Part shown: positions 62,914-64,000 of the stretch, piece after piece
Position numbering within the stretch: position 1 is the first letter of the stretch
Layout of the letters: each line of letters begins with the position of its first letter
Source of the DNA: Streptomyces sp.
GTDB lineage: Bacteria > Actinomycetota > Actinomycetes > Streptomycetales > Streptomycetaceae
Direction of reading: 5' to 3'
Length of the DNA stretch: 64,000 nt
Assembly: GCF_036524955.1 (NCBI RefSeq)
Contig: NZ_DATDBG010000178.1
Coordinates: 2,606-66,605 of the forward strand
Position numbers and translations under genes: made by a program
The notes under the pieces: generated by a model
What the model was told of the DNA's origin: nothing
What the model saw: the letters and a program-made list of their open reading frames with translations, nothing else
Databases searched by the model: none

Positions 62914-63974
62914 GAGCGCCCACCGCCCGACGCCAGGTGCGCGAAGCGGATTCCCTGACGGCTGCGGCTCACCGCGCCCGGCCGCAGGTCCGACGACGGG
63001 TACTCCGGGCGGTTCGGTGAGTCGCGCGGATGCCGCGTCTTCGGGCCTACCGGGCCGCACTGCCGTTTCACCCGGCCCCCGGTGCCGGCGAGCAGGCTGT
63101 CGAGCCGGTCCGCGGCGCGGATCTGGAGGAGGGGCCCGGTCGTCCGGACCTCCGGCGTCCGCCCCCCGTCCGGGCCGTGCGGTACGGCCGCGGTCGGCGG
63201 CAGCCCGGGACGCGCCGGCGGCCTGAGCGCGAAGCCGTACCCTCCGGCCGCATCGACCTGCGGATCGGGGTGCTCGATGCCCTCGCCGACCGGCCGCGGC
63301 GCCGTGAAGGCGGACGGCGAGCCCGCGACGGCCGGCGCCGGCGCCCACGGGAGAGCTTCGGGCGGGACCGGCAGGAAACGGTCGGCGTCGATACGCGGCA
63401 TGTGACGAAGTATGCCGCCGTTCCCGGCCCGCGACGGGTTCAACGGGTAGTTGCTGACCACGTTCGGCACGGTCTTGACGGACACGTCCGCCAGCAGCGC
63501 GACGTCTCTCAGGCCGGCGCCCAGGAGGTTCCTTCCCTCGGCCGTCCTCGCGGAGGCACGGCGGTTCCGGCCCCCGTGTTCGGAGTGGCGGTTCCGCCCC
63601 GCGAACTGCGGCACCGAGGCGGCCTGCCCGTGCACCGCGCCGGCCGGCCACCGGCGGCCGGCCTCGTCACGGTCGAGGCCTTCGCCGGCCACCGCCACTG
63701 TCGGTGGGACTTTCCGCCGGTCGACGGCTGGGGAGGCCGGGCCGCGCGGCACGAGGTACAGGGTCAGCCCTCGCCGGTCGGCGTCGGCAGCGGTGCCCGG
63801 TGCGCCGAGCGGGAAGGCGGCGTCACGATGAACGGCGCCGTTCCGGCCCGCGGCCGGGCGACCGCTGCCTTCGCCGTCGACTGCCCTGCGCCCCTCGCCG
63901 GCGGCACGAGCAGCGCGGGCAGGAGCCCGTACCGCGGCGGCCGGGCACCCGGCGGTCAGCAGGGTGCCCGCCAT
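62910..63974 (-). CDS. Hypothetical Pro/Gly/Ala-rich protein containing a LacI-like HTH-looking segment
   Basis: G/C at about 88% of third positions across the whole frame. LRDVALLADVSVKTVPNVVSNYP resembles LacI-family HTHs, but the rest is unlike LacI. Start uncertain. Confidence 0.45.
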   Translation of the reverse strand: MAGTLLTAGCPAAAVRAPARAARAAGEGRRAVDGEGSGRPAAGRNGAVHRDAAFPLGAPGTAADADRRGLTLYLVPRGPASPAVDRRKVPPTVAVAGEGLDRDEAGRRWPAGAVHGQAASVPQFAGRNRHSEHGGRNRRASARTAEGRNLLGAGLRDVALLADVSVKTVPNVVSNYPLNPSRAGNGGILRHMPRIDADRFLPVPPEALPWAPAPAVAGSPSAFTAPRPVGEGIEHPDPQVDAAGGYGFALRPPARPGLPPTAAVPHGPDGGRTPEVRTTGPLLQIRAADRLDSLLAGTGGRVKRQCGPVGPKTRHPRDSPNRPEYPSSDLRPGAVSRSRQGIRFAHLASGGGRS

Positions 63975-64000
63975 GCGTCCAGTTCGAGGTGCTTGACCAT
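63956..64000 (-). CDS. Possible 3' end of a gene entering from the right edge (partial)
   Basis: The frame ...VKHLELDAWRAPC-stop overlaps the ATG at 63974 by 19 nt. Very little sequence to judge from. Confidence 0.2.
   Translation of the reverse strand: MVKHLELDAWRAPC

Overview
High-G+C actinomycete DNA, almost certainly a Streptomyces chromosomal core segment. Coding density is high: about 50 CDS, many with 4-nt start/stop overlaps. The many long Arg/Pro/Gly/Ala-rich ORFs in the six-frame track are out-of-frame shadows, not genes. From memory, gene order matches the S. coelicolor SCO1410s-1440s neighbourhood.

Left to right:
- ROK regulator.
- FMN riboswitch plus ribD-ribE-ribM(pnuC-like)-ribBA-ribH, then hisE-hisG.
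- Two tandem DUF21/CBS (CNNM/CorC-like) genes.
- An orphan TPR + CbxX-type AAA+ ATPase.
- M24 and C39-like peptidases.
- A SAM-methyltransferase gene overlapping a PAS-GGDEF-EAL gene.
- Acyl-CoA dehydrogenase, Lrp/AsnC regulator, amidohydrolase.
- lnt-ppm1, fxsA, rbpA with a sigma-R-type promoter.
- A yczE-like gene divergent from a MocR regulator.
- smeA-sffA.
- A c-di-AMP (ydaO-type) riboswitch in front of a LysM-M23 peptidase.
- A short Rho paralogue.
- D,D-carboxypeptidase, Rpf-LysM-M23, PAP2 phosphatase, aldo-keto reductase.
- A beta-helix glycoside hydrolase with two discoidin domains.
- A secreted serine hydrolase fused to an ABC ATPase, plus an ABC-2 permease, plus uppP.
- Aldehyde dehydrogenase and an Ada-AlkA fusion.
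- A lower-G+C islet with a WhiJ-like module.
- A NYN-domain gene.

No tRNA, rRNA, CRISPR array, transposase, integrase or obvious prophage was seen.

Most interesting unexplained signals:
1. A 78-nt element present four times, as two tandem pairs 13 kb apart.
2. The exported-hydrolase/TM/ABC-ATPase fusion in a bcrAB-uppP-like arrangement.
3. A palindrome shared by the upstream regions of the two putative undecaprenyl-PP phosphatase genes.
4. A Rho paralogue with an intact motor, a degenerate primary RNA-binding site and a C/U-rich leader.
5. The TTA-codon-bearing islet at 59.3-62.5 kb.

All family assignments come from motif recognition by eye. No searches were run.
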